This document shows positions 18,985 through 28,642 of a stretch of DNA of 64,000 nt, piece by piece. Position numbers and translations under genes: made by a program. Below the pieces are notes generated by a model. It saw only the letters and a program-made list of their open reading frames with translations. It was not told the origin of the DNA and did no database searches. The stretch comes from a virus. The stretch is taken from the IMG/VR virus record IMGVR_UViG_3300045135_000745, positions 1 to 64,000 of that record. The stretch is one strand, 5' to 3'. Position 1 is the first letter of the stretch. Every line of letters starts with the position of its first letter.

Positions 18985-19009
18985 ATAGAATAAGAACCGT
19001 GCACTGATT

Positions 19010-19036
19010 AAAAAAAAGAGACGCCGAAGCGTCTCT
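19010..19036 (-). terminator. Rho-independent terminator of gp23 (AGAGACGC-TTCG-GCGTCTCT + U-tract)
   Basis: 8-bp stem, UUCG loop, poly-T on the minus strand. Confidence 0.85.
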
Positions 19037-19054
19037 AGTTATACTCGTTAAAGT

Positions 19055-19084
19055 GGGAGAGGTTTCATCCTCTCCCTTTTTTTT
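19055..19084 (+). terminator. Rho-independent terminator for ORF 18763 (GGGAGAGG..CCTCTCCC + T8)
   Basis: 8-bp stem followed by a T-run. Confidence 0.8.
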
Positions 19085-19091
19085 ATCTGAC

Positions 19092-20405
19092 TTACGCGAG
19101 GATATTGTCCACCCGAAAGATGCGATAATACTGGTTAGTCTTAGCTGTTGCAAGACCGTCCGCAGGAGTTGAACCAACGAATGGGTTAGAAGCCATGCCG
19201 TAGCGTGTCTTGAAACCAATTTTAGGCTGGAACGTTTCCTCAGCAACGGCGCGAACCATTGTAAGCGGTACGTATGGGCAGTAGAACACACCGGCGTCAT
19301 ATGGGTTTGTACCCTTATAGCCAACGTTGATGTAATCTGTAGCAGCATATGGATCGATATAGATCTTCATGCGACCGTTCAGCGTACCTGCGAAGGTGTT
19401 GCCTGTATCGTCTACGTTAAGTGCTGTTGACATTGCAGGAGCATAGTCAAGCATACCTGAAGCTGCAAGTGCAGATGCTACATCTGAAGACACGATAGCA
19501 AAGTTACCTTTACCACGACGTGTTTCTTTTGCGATTACGTTAGCTTCACGCTCGAGCTGAAGGATAAGACCTTTGATCTTCTCTACGCTCCAACGACCAT
19601 CAGCGTCTGTCGAAAGATCGAAGATACCGTTGATAGCTGTGTTTGCAGTAGAAGCACCAGTCTTAGCTTGGCTGTTGATTGTGCGAATAACTTCACGGTT
19701 GATTTCCGCAAGGATCTCGGTTGAAAGAATGTTCGCAAGCTCTGTTTCAGCGTCAAGACCGTGAATCGCTTTAAGATCCTGTGCAAGCTCGAGGCTGTAC
19801 TCTGCTTTCAATGCACGTGATTTCGCTGTCACAGTCGCTTTTTCGATTGTGAAGCCCATCTCGTTGAAAGTAGAAGCTGATGCGCCAAGCGCTTCTGCGT
19901 CTGCAGTTGGCATACCCGAAGCAACAGTTGGACCTGTACGGTCGTTGTCGATTGAGCTATCTGAGTTAGAGTCTGTAAGACCTGAAAGACCTGATGGACC
20001 GCCAGTTTGTGTTACAGATGAGTCACCTGAGAATGCTGTGTTTGCTTCGTTGAAGAGTGCTTCAGTCGAACCAGTTGCACCAGCACCGTAACGTGACTTC
20101 ATTGCAAAGATCAAGCCTGTTGGGCCAGTCATTGGCTGAACACCAGCAACGTCATATGCCATCATGTTCGGCATCGCGCGGCGAACAAGTGAGATAAGAA
20201 CTGGGTTCCAGTTAGCTGCTGAAGAGGTGTTGTTACCTGGAGCAGCTTCGTTAAGCATTGCTGCTTGACCGGACTGCTGAGCAAACTCTTTTTCTTGGTT
20301 TTCAAGAACAACAGCTGTAACCGCACGCTTGTGTGCGTCTTTAATTTCAGTACCTTCGTTGAGTACTGGGGCCCATTTCTGGGTTAAACGATCATAAGTT
20401 TCCAT
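19092..20405 (-). CDS. gp23: major capsid protein
   Basis: KWAPVL, LVRRAMP, GVQPMTGPTGLIFAM, ELAQDLKAIHGLDAE, FQPKIGFKTRYG. Confidence 0.98.
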   Translation of the reverse strand: METYDRLTQKWAPVLNEGTEIKDAHKRAVTAVVLENQEKEFAQQSGQAAMLNEAAPGNNTSSAANWNPVLISLVRRAMPNMMAYDVAGVQPMTGPTGLIFAMKSRYGAGATGSTEALFNEANTAFSGDSSVTQTGGPSGLSGLTDSNSDSSIDNDRTGPTVASGMPTADAEALGASASTFNEMGFTIEKATVTAKSRALKAEYSLELAQDLKAIHGLDAETELANILSTEILAEINREVIRTINSQAKTGASTANTAINGIFDLSTDADGRWSVEKIKGLILQLEREANVIAKETRRGKGNFAIVSSDVASALAASGMLDYAPAMSTALNVDDTGNTFAGTLNGRMKIYIDPYAATDYINVGYKGTNPYDAGVFYCPYVPLTMVRAVAEETFQPKIGFKTRYGMASNPFVGSTPADGLATAKTNQYYRIFRVDNILA

Positions 20406-20428
20406 CTCTGGATCTCCTAAGTTAGTTA

Positions 20429-21370
20429 TTAGTATTGGGTTTTTCTAAGGGCTTTGAGATAGTGCTCCATTGACTCTGAAATTTCTTCTTGAACTTCGTC
20501 GCCAGTTTCTACAGTATCTTCAATGAGTGAATCAGTAGTTGCTTTTGCTCTTTTGAAATAAGCTTCTTTGATTGTAGCAACTTTGTTTGCGAATGTTTCT
20601 TCGTCAACAAAATCTACATCTTCAGAAAGCTTAACAAGCTTTTCAACTTCTGTTTCTGCAAGACCGTTTGCTGCCTCACGAATTACTTCGTAACGCTTGA
20701 AAGATTCTAGTTCTTCTTTCATTTCGATCATTGCTTCAGTCTGAGTGTTCAGTTTTTCTTCAAGCGAAGAATTCTGTTCAGCCAGATCATCAACTAGGTC
20801 TACTTTGGAATCAGGAACTGCAATGTATGACTCGGTGAAGAGTGTTTGCAGTTTATCCATGAACTCTTCTGCGATCTCGGTACGGATACCGTTCTGGATT
20901 GCAAGTTCATTTTCTTTCATCCAATTTTCAACTACATAGTTCAGGTAACCGTCGACCTTCTCAACCATATCGGCTTTGAATGTGTCTACTTCTTCCTGAA
21001 GTGCGGTAGCATAATTTTCTTCGAGACGCTCGACCTCTTCTGACAGCTTTGATTTCATCGCTGCTTCGAAGATGATTGCGGCTTTGCCTTTAAAGCCTTC
21101 GGATAAAGTTGCTTCTTCATCCATAAGAGCTTCTAAGTCTTCTGAGAAATCCATGTCTTCAGCTTGTAAGCCAGAAGCTTTACCACCTGTTTTAAGATCA
21201 GATTTATCAGAGTTAGACTTGTCACCCTTACGCTTTGCTGCAGTTTTACCTGCACCTTCAGCTGCTTTAGTAGCAGCTACAGATTGCTCTTCAGCATTCT
21301 TTGGATCGTGAGCCTCAACAACATTCTCGTCATCATTGAGTTCAATATCCTGATTGGTTTGATCAGTCAT
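20429..21370 (-). CDS. gp22: prohead core scaffolding protein
   Basis: Acidic coiled coil, IFEAA, VDGYLNYVVE.W; located between gp21 and gp23. Confidence 0.92.
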   Translation of the reverse strand: MTDQTNQDIELNDDENVVEAHDPKNAEEQSVAATKAAEGAGKTAAKRKGDKSNSDKSDLKTGGKASGLQAEDMDFSEDLEALMDEEATLSEGFKGKAAIIFEAAMKSKLSEEVERLEENYATALQEEVDTFKADMVEKVDGYLNYVVENWMKENELAIQNGIRTEIAEEFMDKLQTLFTESYIAVPDSKVDLVDDLAEQNSSLEEKLNTQTEAMIEMKEELESFKRYEVIREAANGLAETEVEKLVKLSEDVDFVDEETFANKVATIKEAYFKRAKATTDSLIEDTVETGDEVQEEISESMEHYLKALRKTQY

Positions 21371-21379
21371 ATGACTCTC

Positions 21380-22036
21380 CTATTTGTTTTTCAGTAACGA
21401 GAGGAAATTCTTGAACTCGCGAACTTGTGCCTCGTAAAGGTCCGCTCTCGGAGTCGTTTTAATTTCTGTCTCTATTCTTTCAATTTCTTGAGCTTCGATA
21501 ACGCCGTTATTCCAGATCCATTCTACACCTTCCATAATCCCATTAACGAAAGCTTGAGGTGCTGATGGATCTTGAACGATATCTACGGTGTTTAACATGA
21601 AGTCATCCTTGACATACATAACGCCGTTTCTCTGTTCAAGACTTCCCATACCACGAGTTGATACACCTAGTTGGACACCGCCCTCAAGTAAGCCCTTAAC
21701 GATCTTACCCATTGGAGTTTCCAAAATACGTGCCTTACCCATCACATTATTACCTTCCATTCTTAGGTCGGTAATGAGATGGGATACCTTATCCAAGTTA
21801 ATTGTAGGTCCGTCTGGGTGGTTCAGTTCACCTACCGCACGACCGGACTTAACTTGGTCTGTTACGTACTTATCTACCGCTTGTTCCATAATAGCTTTTG
21901 GGTAGATACGTCCGTTTCTATTCTTACCTTCGGCTTGAGCAAAGACGCCTTCAATGACATGAGTCTTTGTACCGTCTTCTTTCTTCTCGACGATACATTG
22001 AACATCCGCCTCTGTAAATTCTGTGATCAGCTTCAT
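21380..22036 (-). CDS. gp21: prohead protease
   Basis: NRNGRIYP, GELNHP, GVSTRGMGS, DIVQDPSAP. Confidence 0.96.
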   Translation of the reverse strand: MKLITEFTEADVQCIVEKKEDGTKTHVIEGVFAQAEGKNRNGRIYPKAIMEQAVDKYVTDQVKSGRAVGELNHPDGPTINLDKVSHLITDLRMEGNNVMGKARILETPMGKIVKGLLEGGVQLGVSTRGMGSLEQRNGVMYVKDDFMLNTVDIVQDPSAPQAFVNGIMEGVEWIWNNGVIEAQEIERIETEIKTTPRADLYEAQVREFKNFLSLLKNK

Positions 22037-22254
22037 CGTTTGCCTCCGGCCATTTTTACGAAATCAGTTGCAGCTTTCTTTGCATCATTAAGAGAATTGT
22101 AAGTGTCCAATTTCTCCATGTCGATGTAAGCCACAAATTTATTCTTTTCTTTATGTACCATTACATTATGCTTGCCGACTTTTGCATCATAGACATGCTC
22201 ACCGGGTGGCATACCTTTTTTCATAGCTTCACGAATTTGAGCAAAAGTTTTCAT
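22033..22254 (-). CDS. small prohead core protein (gp68 position)
   Basis: MKTF..IRE start; synteny upstream of gp21. Confidence 0.55.
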   Translation of the reverse strand: MKTFAQIREAMKKGMPPGEHVYDAKVGKHNVMVHKEKNKFVAYIDMEKLDTYNSLNDAKKAATDFVKMAGGKR

Positions 22255-22282
22255 ATGTTACACTTTTATTTGTATATTCACG

Positions 22283-22300
22283 TTTATTTATATAAATAAA
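22283..22300. promoter_or_regulatory. palindromic double late promoter TTTATTTATATAAATAAA
   Basis: TATAAATA on both strands, overlapping. Confidence 0.6.
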
Positions 22301-22320
22301 TTTTTTTAAATCAATTAAAT

Positions 22321-22635
22321 TTAAACTTCTTCTAGGTCTTCATCGGATTCTAGATCCGCCATTGCGGTCTCTAGCTCTTCATCTGATACTTCTAGATCAA
22401 CGTCATCCTCGTCAACTTCCATAGTTTCGTCACCAAGATCTTCGTCATCGACGGTATCTTCTTCTGGTGAGTACATCGCTTGAGCTACTGCAATCTTCTC
22501 TTGTTCAATAGCATCGCCAACACGTTGACCAATAGCATCGTTCCAAATAACATTAGCTTTTTCGAATTCGGATTGTGTAATATAGTCAATCATATCAGAG
22601 AGTGGATTTTGTTCTGTTTGTACTTCTTCAGTCAT
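22321..22635 (-). CDS. acidic prohead core protein (gp67-like)
   Basis: Highly acidic ORF directly after the portal gene. Confidence 0.6.
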   Translation of the reverse strand: MTEEVQTEQNPLSDMIDYITQSEFEKANVIWNDAIGQRVGDAIEQEKIAVAQAMYSPEEDTVDDEDLGDETMEVDEDDVDLEVSDEELETAMADLESDEDLEEV

Positions 22636-22644
22636 AATAACCCC

Positions 22645-24231
22645 TTATTTGGCCACTTTTAAGTTAATAGTATGTGATGATTTTGCCGGATTTTCTTCTT
22701 TAGAAGATTGTGCTGTTTGGGCAGCTTGATCGTTTTCGTAATCGTTAATTTCTTCTTCTGCTGGAGCTTCTTTATCTACTTGCGCAGTCATTTGTTTAAT
22801 TTCATCGTCATCGAAACGAAGAATATTTTTCATAACCCATTCTTTAGAGAAGTACTCACCAACGTAGTTCTGTACTTGATCGAGCGACTGTAGCTTCTCT
22901 CTTAGCAGTTCTGCTTCTTTTAACTCGGTAAAATGATTGTCCCGAGTGAATTCAAATTTTAAATCGTTTGAAAAAGTTTCCCAATCTTCTTCAGTAATAA
23001 TGTTTTTAAGAATAAGCTGACGCTTTAGCATTTCTCTGAACATCATAGAAAAACGTAAACGAAGACGATCAATAAACTTCTGGAACTTAAGCTCGTCACG
23101 TGTGATCTCACTCGATCTTCCCAGTGAGAACTGCGACTCTTGCTCAAGACGATTCACTGGAACGTTTAACGATCTATATAGTCTTTTTTGAAAGTAAAGA
23201 ATATCGTCGATCTGACCTAAGTTCTCACCGCCGGGTAGCGTACTGATCTCTGTACCACGACCACCTTCGCGGCGGGGCAGCCAGAAGTCTTCGAGCATAG
23301 ACATATGCTTGCGGTCATCTTTTACTTCACCAGTAGCAGCATCGTAGACCAGCTTGTTACGATAGCGTGCCATAATACCTTTCATGTACTCTTCAGACTT
23401 ACCCTTCGGTAAGTTACCAACATCAATGTAAAAGATACGACGCTCGGGCGCACGGGCGAGGCGGTAGATCACAAGAGAATCTTCCATCATACGCAATTGG
23501 TTAATAGGCTTAAGTGCTTTATGAAGATATGAAACTACATTCTTTTGTGTAGAATCTAAAAGACCTGATGTGGTGTAGATCACAGAATCTTTTGTAAGTT
23601 TAATACCAGAGTTCTGTTGACCCGGTTTTTCTTGATAGATGTAATACTCGTTTTGACCCTCGATAACAGTAGCACCGGTGATCGGGTCTTTCTTACGAAT
23701 AACTTCTTTTACTTTACGAACCTTAGCAGCATCGACGGGACGAATATCCTGGATGCCTTTCTTAGGATTCTTTTCATCAACTACAAGATGGTATACTCTT
23801 CTACCATCAATGTACCATGATCTAAAAATATCATGACCCATATTCCCAAATTTAAGCATATAAAGGATATCGTCAAATTCTTCTACAATTTTATTCTTGA
23901 TGGACTTAGATAACTCAGTGTCATCCAAGTTTACTTTAACTGACATTTCATCGCCGCCAGAAACTGCTTCATTAGTAATATCTTCAATTGCGGCATCAAC
24001 TTCTGGATGTTGTGCAACACCACGATATTTTTGAATAAGAGAAGAATTATCTTTGGACTTATCACCATGAATATCTACGTATTGACCATAGTGGGATCCT
24101 GATGCGGTTACATAACCTGCACCATCCTCATCCACTTTAGGAACGATAGATTTTAAGTTCTTTTCTTTTGTTTCTTGACTTTTAGATCTGCTGATTTCAA
24201 ATCCAAAAAGCTTCAAAGTGTTATCGGCCAT
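22645..24231 (-). CDS. gp20: portal protein
   Basis: WYIDGR, NQLRMMEDSLVIYRLARAPERRIFYIDVGNLP, EDFWLPRREGGRGTEI. Confidence 0.98.
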   Translation of the reverse strand: MADNTLKLFGFEISRSKSQETKEKNLKSIVPKVDEDGAGYVTASGSHYGQYVDIHGDKSKDNSSLIQKYRGVAQHPEVDAAIEDITNEAVSGGDEMSVKVNLDDTELSKSIKNKIVEEFDDILYMLKFGNMGHDIFRSWYIDGRRVYHLVVDEKNPKKGIQDIRPVDAAKVRKVKEVIRKKDPITGATVIEGQNEYYIYQEKPGQQNSGIKLTKDSVIYTTSGLLDSTQKNVVSYLHKALKPINQLRMMEDSLVIYRLARAPERRIFYIDVGNLPKGKSEEYMKGIMARYRNKLVYDAATGEVKDDRKHMSMLEDFWLPRREGGRGTEISTLPGGENLGQIDDILYFQKRLYRSLNVPVNRLEQESQFSLGRSSEITRDELKFQKFIDRLRLRFSMMFREMLKRQLILKNIITEEDWETFSNDLKFEFTRDNHFTELKEAELLREKLQSLDQVQNYVGEYFSKEWVMKNILRFDDDEIKQMTAQVDKEAPAEEEINDYENDQAAQTAQSSKEENPAKSSHTINLKVAK

Positions 24232-24251
24232 GCTTTATCCTATCGTTTGGT

Positions 24252-24276
24252 AGGACTGGGCGTTTCCGCCCAGCCT
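24252..24276 (-). terminator. GC hairpin (CTGGGCG-GAAA-CGCCCAG) after gp19
   Basis: Stem with GNRA loop; no clear U-tract. Confidence 0.45.
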
Positions 24277-24295
24277 GATCTTATATATCCACTTA

Positions 24296-24820
24296 TTAAG
24301 AAGTGGTTCCTGACTCCCAGTACTGAACTTGGAACTCAACTTGGAATCTTTCGATATCGTCGTTTGCACCATAACTCAGATCAATTGGGGAAACGTTAGT
24401 TGGGAAGCATCCACGGAATGTGTATGTCTTTAGGACTGATTCGTCTCTATCCAATTGTTCAACCAGAAGGTCTGCCTGATAATCAACCGGGTTAGTTAGA
24501 CCAGTGTTAGCTGCGTGAGCATTAACACCATTCATCCAACGTTCCATTGAATTGCGTACTGCAAAGTCAGTGTCGTTGATAATTGTAGGTGTCCACGTAT
24601 CAAATGTACGATCGCCTGCAATCTTTAACTGACGCCCACGGAATGGAACAGTAATTACACCCATAATTGACCCAGGAAGCTGTGCTGCTTCACAAAGGAA
24701 TGACGTAACTTCTACGTCACCCCCTGCATATGCTGGGAAGTTAATAGTGGCTTTAAACAGATTAGGTCTAGCGCCACCGCCTCTTAGTTTGGCTTTAAAA
24801 TCGTCTACTGCGAGAACCAT
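24296..24820 (-). CDS. gp19: tail tube protein
   Basis: GGARPNLF, FRGRQLKIAGDRTF..W, INDTDF. Confidence 0.96.
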   Translation of the reverse strand: MVLAVDDFKAKLRGGGARPNLFKATINFPAYAGGDVEVTSFLCEAAQLPGSIMGVITVPFRGRQLKIAGDRTFDTWTPTIINDTDFAVRNSMERWMNGVNAHAANTGLTNPVDYQADLLVEQLDRDESVLKTYTFRGCFPTNVSPIDLSYGANDDIERFQVEFQVQYWESGTTS

Positions 24821-24840
24821 TTTTTATCTCCTGCGCTTTC

Positions 24841-26580
24841 TTATACCGAACCCACGACTTCTTCGAAGTCCACACCCGTTCTAACTGCGACAAAGTTAAG
24901 TGTCACGAAGTTAATTGAACGTGCGGGCTTGATGAAGATCGAGCATACGAATTCGTTTCTGTCTATAACTGCCGGGGTGTTGTTTGTTTCATCTGCAACA
25001 ACACGGAAGTCGGTGATACCACGTCTACCTTGGATCTCTCTGAGGAAAGGTTCGACAATGTTCGTAAACTCTGCACGAGTGAATTCATCGTTGAATTCGA
25101 AGAGTACGTTACGAGCCGCAATGGCAATTGCTCTTTCAAGAACCAGGAACAGACGGCGTACGTTAATACGATCGAATGCTGAAGGTCTTGCCATGTGAGT
25201 TTTATCACCGTAGAGCAAGATACCTTGTCCAGGAATATTTGCGATTGGGTTTACGCCATTCCTATAGAGAAGATCTCTTTCTGTTTTATTTGGGGAATAA
25301 AGTGTTTTAGTTACACCCAAATATACACCACGTCTTTGACCCGCTGGGGAATACCAAGCTGCAGTGTTATTGTCTGACGCTGCCATAATACCTGCAGTTG
25401 AAGATGCTGCTGGGATGCTAATGTACTGGTCGTTGTACTTATCATATACTCTCAGGTAGTTGTTATCCACGAAGAGATAAGAAGAGTAAGTGAAAGTTTT
25501 AGCAGTAGTAATAACATCATTATTAACATCATTCGATGTTACGACGTCTGAACGTGCAGGTGAAGCTACAACAACACAGTCTTTACGAGTACCTTGAGCA
25601 ATAGAAACTAGGTCGTTAACGACTGTGGTTTGAGCTGCTCTAGAACCCATACCTGGAGCGATTAAGAAATCGACTTGGATATTATCCTTGTCTTCGAATC
25701 TATCGAAACCAGTTGCGTATTCACCTTCATCAAATGCTGCGGAGTTAGCACCGCCTGCTAATGATAAGGTCTTAACTGCTGGTGTTGCAAGTTGATAATC
25801 TTTAGCATCTTCTACATCAGTACCAACGTTTGTATTCCAGTCAGAGTCTGTAAGATCACCAAAACCGGCAAGCCAAACGTAACGTGATCTGTTATTGATA
25901 ACGTCCACGATATAGTTAGATGTGCCATCTGCGGATTTAGCATCTGATGCTACCGAAACGAATGGGAATGATTCAAGAATCGTCCCCTTTGTCCCGGTAA
26001 ACGCGCCATCTTGGTCAATAACCACAACGTGAGCTTCATCGTTTGATGCGCCTCGGTCTGATGCGTACGTAGATGTAGTAGGCGCGCCGTCGAAGTTATC
26101 TTCGTATGTCCAACCTGTAAATGCTGGATCGTCTGCGCTGTCAACGGCTGTAAGCCATTGTACTTGTAGCGAGTTACCCAGTGTACCTGGATATTTAGCG
26201 ATGAATGTGTGTTCATCGGAATCCAATGCAGCTTGCTGGAAATCAAAAGATTCTTGCTTTTTGACTCTTGCTGCTGAAGCCGCTCTAGCGTCGTACCCGT
26301 TAAGACTTTCGCCCACGCCTTGGGTAGCTTCTCTAACCACGTAGAGTGAATTTGCATATCTTAAGAAATATGCTGCTGAGTGGAAGTCGATAGAATTTGT
26401 TTTGCTTGGGCTACCGAAAGTAGATACAAGACCCGCTTCGTCAGATACTAAAATTGGTTCATCGACTGGACCCCAATTAAAGTTACCTACGAAAGCGCCG
26501 GTTGTTGAACCAACATTAGGAACAACACCAGTAAGGTCAATCTCTTTGACGGTAATTGCCGGAGATTCTGATACTGCCAT
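24841..26580 (-). CDS. gp18: tail sheath protein
   Basis: SP...VKEIDLT, F.WGP, FDRINVRRLF, FEFNDEFTR, IKPARSINF. Confidence 0.97.
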   Translation of the reverse strand: MAVSESPAITVKEIDLTGVVPNVGSTTGAFVGNFNWGPVDEPILVSDEAGLVSTFGSPSKTNSIDFHSAAYFLRYANSLYVVREATQGVGESLNGYDARAASAARVKKQESFDFQQAALDSDEHTFIAKYPGTLGNSLQVQWLTAVDSADDPAFTGWTYEDNFDGAPTTSTYASDRGASNDEAHVVVIDQDGAFTGTKGTILESFPFVSVASDAKSADGTSNYIVDVINNRSRYVWLAGFGDLTDSDWNTNVGTDVEDAKDYQLATPAVKTLSLAGGANSAAFDEGEYATGFDRFEDKDNIQVDFLIAPGMGSRAAQTTVVNDLVSIAQGTRKDCVVVASPARSDVVTSNDVNNDVITTAKTFTYSSYLFVDNNYLRVYDKYNDQYISIPAASSTAGIMAASDNNTAAWYSPAGQRRGVYLGVTKTLYSPNKTERDLLYRNGVNPIANIPGQGILLYGDKTHMARPSAFDRINVRRLFLVLERAIAIAARNVLFEFNDEFTRAEFTNIVEPFLREIQGRRGITDFRVVADETNNTPAVIDRNEFVCSIFIKPARSINFVTLNFVAVRTGVDFEEVVGSV

Positions 26581-26641
26581 GACTCTTTCCCTTTGAGTTT
26601 GAATGATATGTTTTTCATGATACGATTATATTCATTACTTC

Positions 26642-26649
26642 TATTTATA
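26642..26649 (-). promoter_or_regulatory. late promoter TATAAATA for gp18
   Basis: Exact consensus. Confidence 0.7.
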
Positions 26650-26661
26650 AGAAATTATATT

Positions 26662-28278
26662 TTAGAAATGCTGATGGTCGTAGTCGATAGCCCAAGGCTT
26701 ACCTCGGTCTTCTTCTTTCTGTAATTCATTAATTGCATCAGATCCATCATCAATGAATCCGAATGGTACCATATCATTTTCAATCTGTGCCATCTTATCC
26801 TTGAACATCATTTCTTTTAAATTAATATCTGTCATATCACCAAACATTTCAGTAGTAGCAAAGTAACCAAACATAACTAAATTCATTATCAAGTCGTCAT
26901 GGTTACCATCTGACGCTTCATAGGATTGTCCTTTGGCAATAAAAGTAGAACACTCTAAGATGGTATTAGTATCGTGTATTTGAAGTTTTTCATTCTCAAT
27001 AATATCTTTAATGCCAGAACACCCCAGACGCTTTACCTTACGGGTCATTTCAATACCTATACCGTCCGATTTAAGTGCAGATGATACATGCATATTTTCA
27101 TATTCTAATTCGTGATATAAGCCCCGGGTAACTAGCACACCCTGATCATTAGATTCAACAATCACATACGCTTGATTGTAAGAAGTTGCATACTTATAAA
27201 TAATATCAGGGAAGAGTATTGGAGAGATAGAATTACATCGATAAACCGCGACTTGTTCAAACGGTCTACACGTTACATCGATCACGTTAAAAGTAGAATA
27301 ATCCTGTCCTCTTCCCTTACTTACATCTACACATACAATATATTCGTGGTCTTTCTGGGTCTCTTTATAGACTAGTAAGTGTCCGCCTTCAAGGATCTTA
27401 ATAGGCTCGATTGATTTCATTCTCATAAGAGCTTCTGCGCCAATTAAGGTATCCCCAGTACCGAAAAACGTATTGCCAAATTCCTGGTCGAATTGAAGCT
27501 GTGATGTGTTGTTAATCGTTTCTATTTTCCAAGCTTCATCGCGACCGGGAACATCCCACCAATCCACTCTGAATGGTTTATAAGCATTGGTCCCCTGTAA
27601 AGCACCTTGCCAGATAGTATAGAATTGGTTACCGATACCATTGGCTGTTGAAGTAATAATAACCTTTGTATCTTTACCAGACGAAACAACGGGATAGGTT
27701 GATGTATAGAACTCTGTAGCATTTTCAACGAATGCAAATTCGTCGAGATATAGCAGGTTAACCGATTGGCCACGAATAGAGCTACCAGATGTAGCAGCAG
27801 CAAAAATCTTAGAGTTATTACTAAACTCAATCGAACCTTTGTTGAGTGCCTTTGTTCCTGGCTGTAAGAAAAACGGTAAGTTTTCTAGCATCAAGGTAAT
27901 ACGTGAAAGCATTTCCCTCGCAGTTGCGCCTTTGTTTGCTAGAATAGCAATATTCTTTTCCGAATGGAAAATTGCATACCAAAGCAGATAAGCGACAGAG
28001 GAAATAGATTTACCGGACTGGCGACAAGCGAGAACGATAGAGAATCGATTATCATTGAAGTGCTGGAACATCTTCTCTTGATAAGGATATAGCTTAAAGT
28101 TAACTAGACCTTTATCAAGCGAGATAATCTTACAGTAAGTAACTGCAAAATATGCAGGATCGTTCATACACTTTTGGTATTCAAGGATAGTTTCTTGACT
28201 CCATCCTTGAACGATGCCATCACGTTTCACATTCGGATTACCTAAGTAACCCTCATTACCATTTACAATATTATTCAT
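26662..28278 (-). CDS. gp17: terminase large subunit
   Basis: YLGNPN, RQSGKS, LYLDEFAF, DVSKGRGQDYS, HDDL. Confidence 0.97.
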   Translation of the reverse strand: MNNIVNGNEGYLGNPNVKRDGIVQGWSQETILEYQKCMNDPAYFAVTYCKIISLDKGLVNFKLYPYQEKMFQHFNDNRFSIVLACRQSGKSISSVAYLLWYAIFHSEKNIAILANKGATAREMLSRITLMLENLPFFLQPGTKALNKGSIEFSNNSKIFAAATSGSSIRGQSVNLLYLDEFAFVENATEFYTSTYPVVSSGKDTKVIITSTANGIGNQFYTIWQGALQGTNAYKPFRVDWWDVPGRDEAWKIETINNTSQLQFDQEFGNTFFGTGDTLIGAEALMRMKSIEPIKILEGGHLLVYKETQKDHEYIVCVDVSKGRGQDYSTFNVIDVTCRPFEQVAVYRCNSISPILFPDIIYKYATSYNQAYVIVESNDQGVLVTRGLYHELEYENMHVSSALKSDGIGIEMTRKVKRLGCSGIKDIIENEKLQIHDTNTILECSTFIAKGQSYEASDGNHDDLIMNLVMFGYFATTEMFGDMTDINLKEMMFKDKMAQIENDMVPFGFIDDGSDAINELQKEEDRGKPWAIDYDHQHF

Positions 28279-28642
28279 CTTTTAATCGTGGTGTAATATC
28301 CACCACGTTATTCTCCACCTGTTTAGCATTTGCATCTTGAAGCATACGCTGTAAATCTGTTGTTGAGCCAATATAAACATTATTAGTAGTTTGCCCGGCG
28401 GGTAACTGGGGTTGTTCCTTAACGTTAATATCTTTATGCTTCTTATTCAGATCCATAAGCTTATCGTTAACATCGGCGACGTTTTTAATAAGCCCAGACA
28501 ATACTTCGAATGCACGCGGGTGCTCGCTTTCGCGTGCGACCTCAATCATATCTTCTAGAGCATTTCGACCTTTGTTAATTAGATCGAATAAAGTGTCTCT
28601 CGAGTATTCATAGTCATTTTTAATTCTATCAGAATCAGACAT
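28271..28642 (-). CDS. gp16: terminase small subunit
   Basis: DYEYSR..L, ESEHPRAFEV, TTNNVYIGSTTDLQ; start trimmed to MSDSDR. Confidence 0.93.
   Translation of the reverse strand: MSDSDRIKNDYEYSRDTLFDLINKGRNALEDMIEVARESEHPRAFEVLSGLIKNVADVNDKLMDLNKKHKDINVKEQPQLPAGQTTNNVYIGSTTDLQRMLQDANAKQVENNVVDITPRLKDE

Noticed and set aside
18971-19348. 125-aa minus-strand ORF overlapping the gp23 3' end (possible frameshift extension)
   Set aside because: Alternative frame running through two terminator hairpins; no slippery site or RBS was recognised
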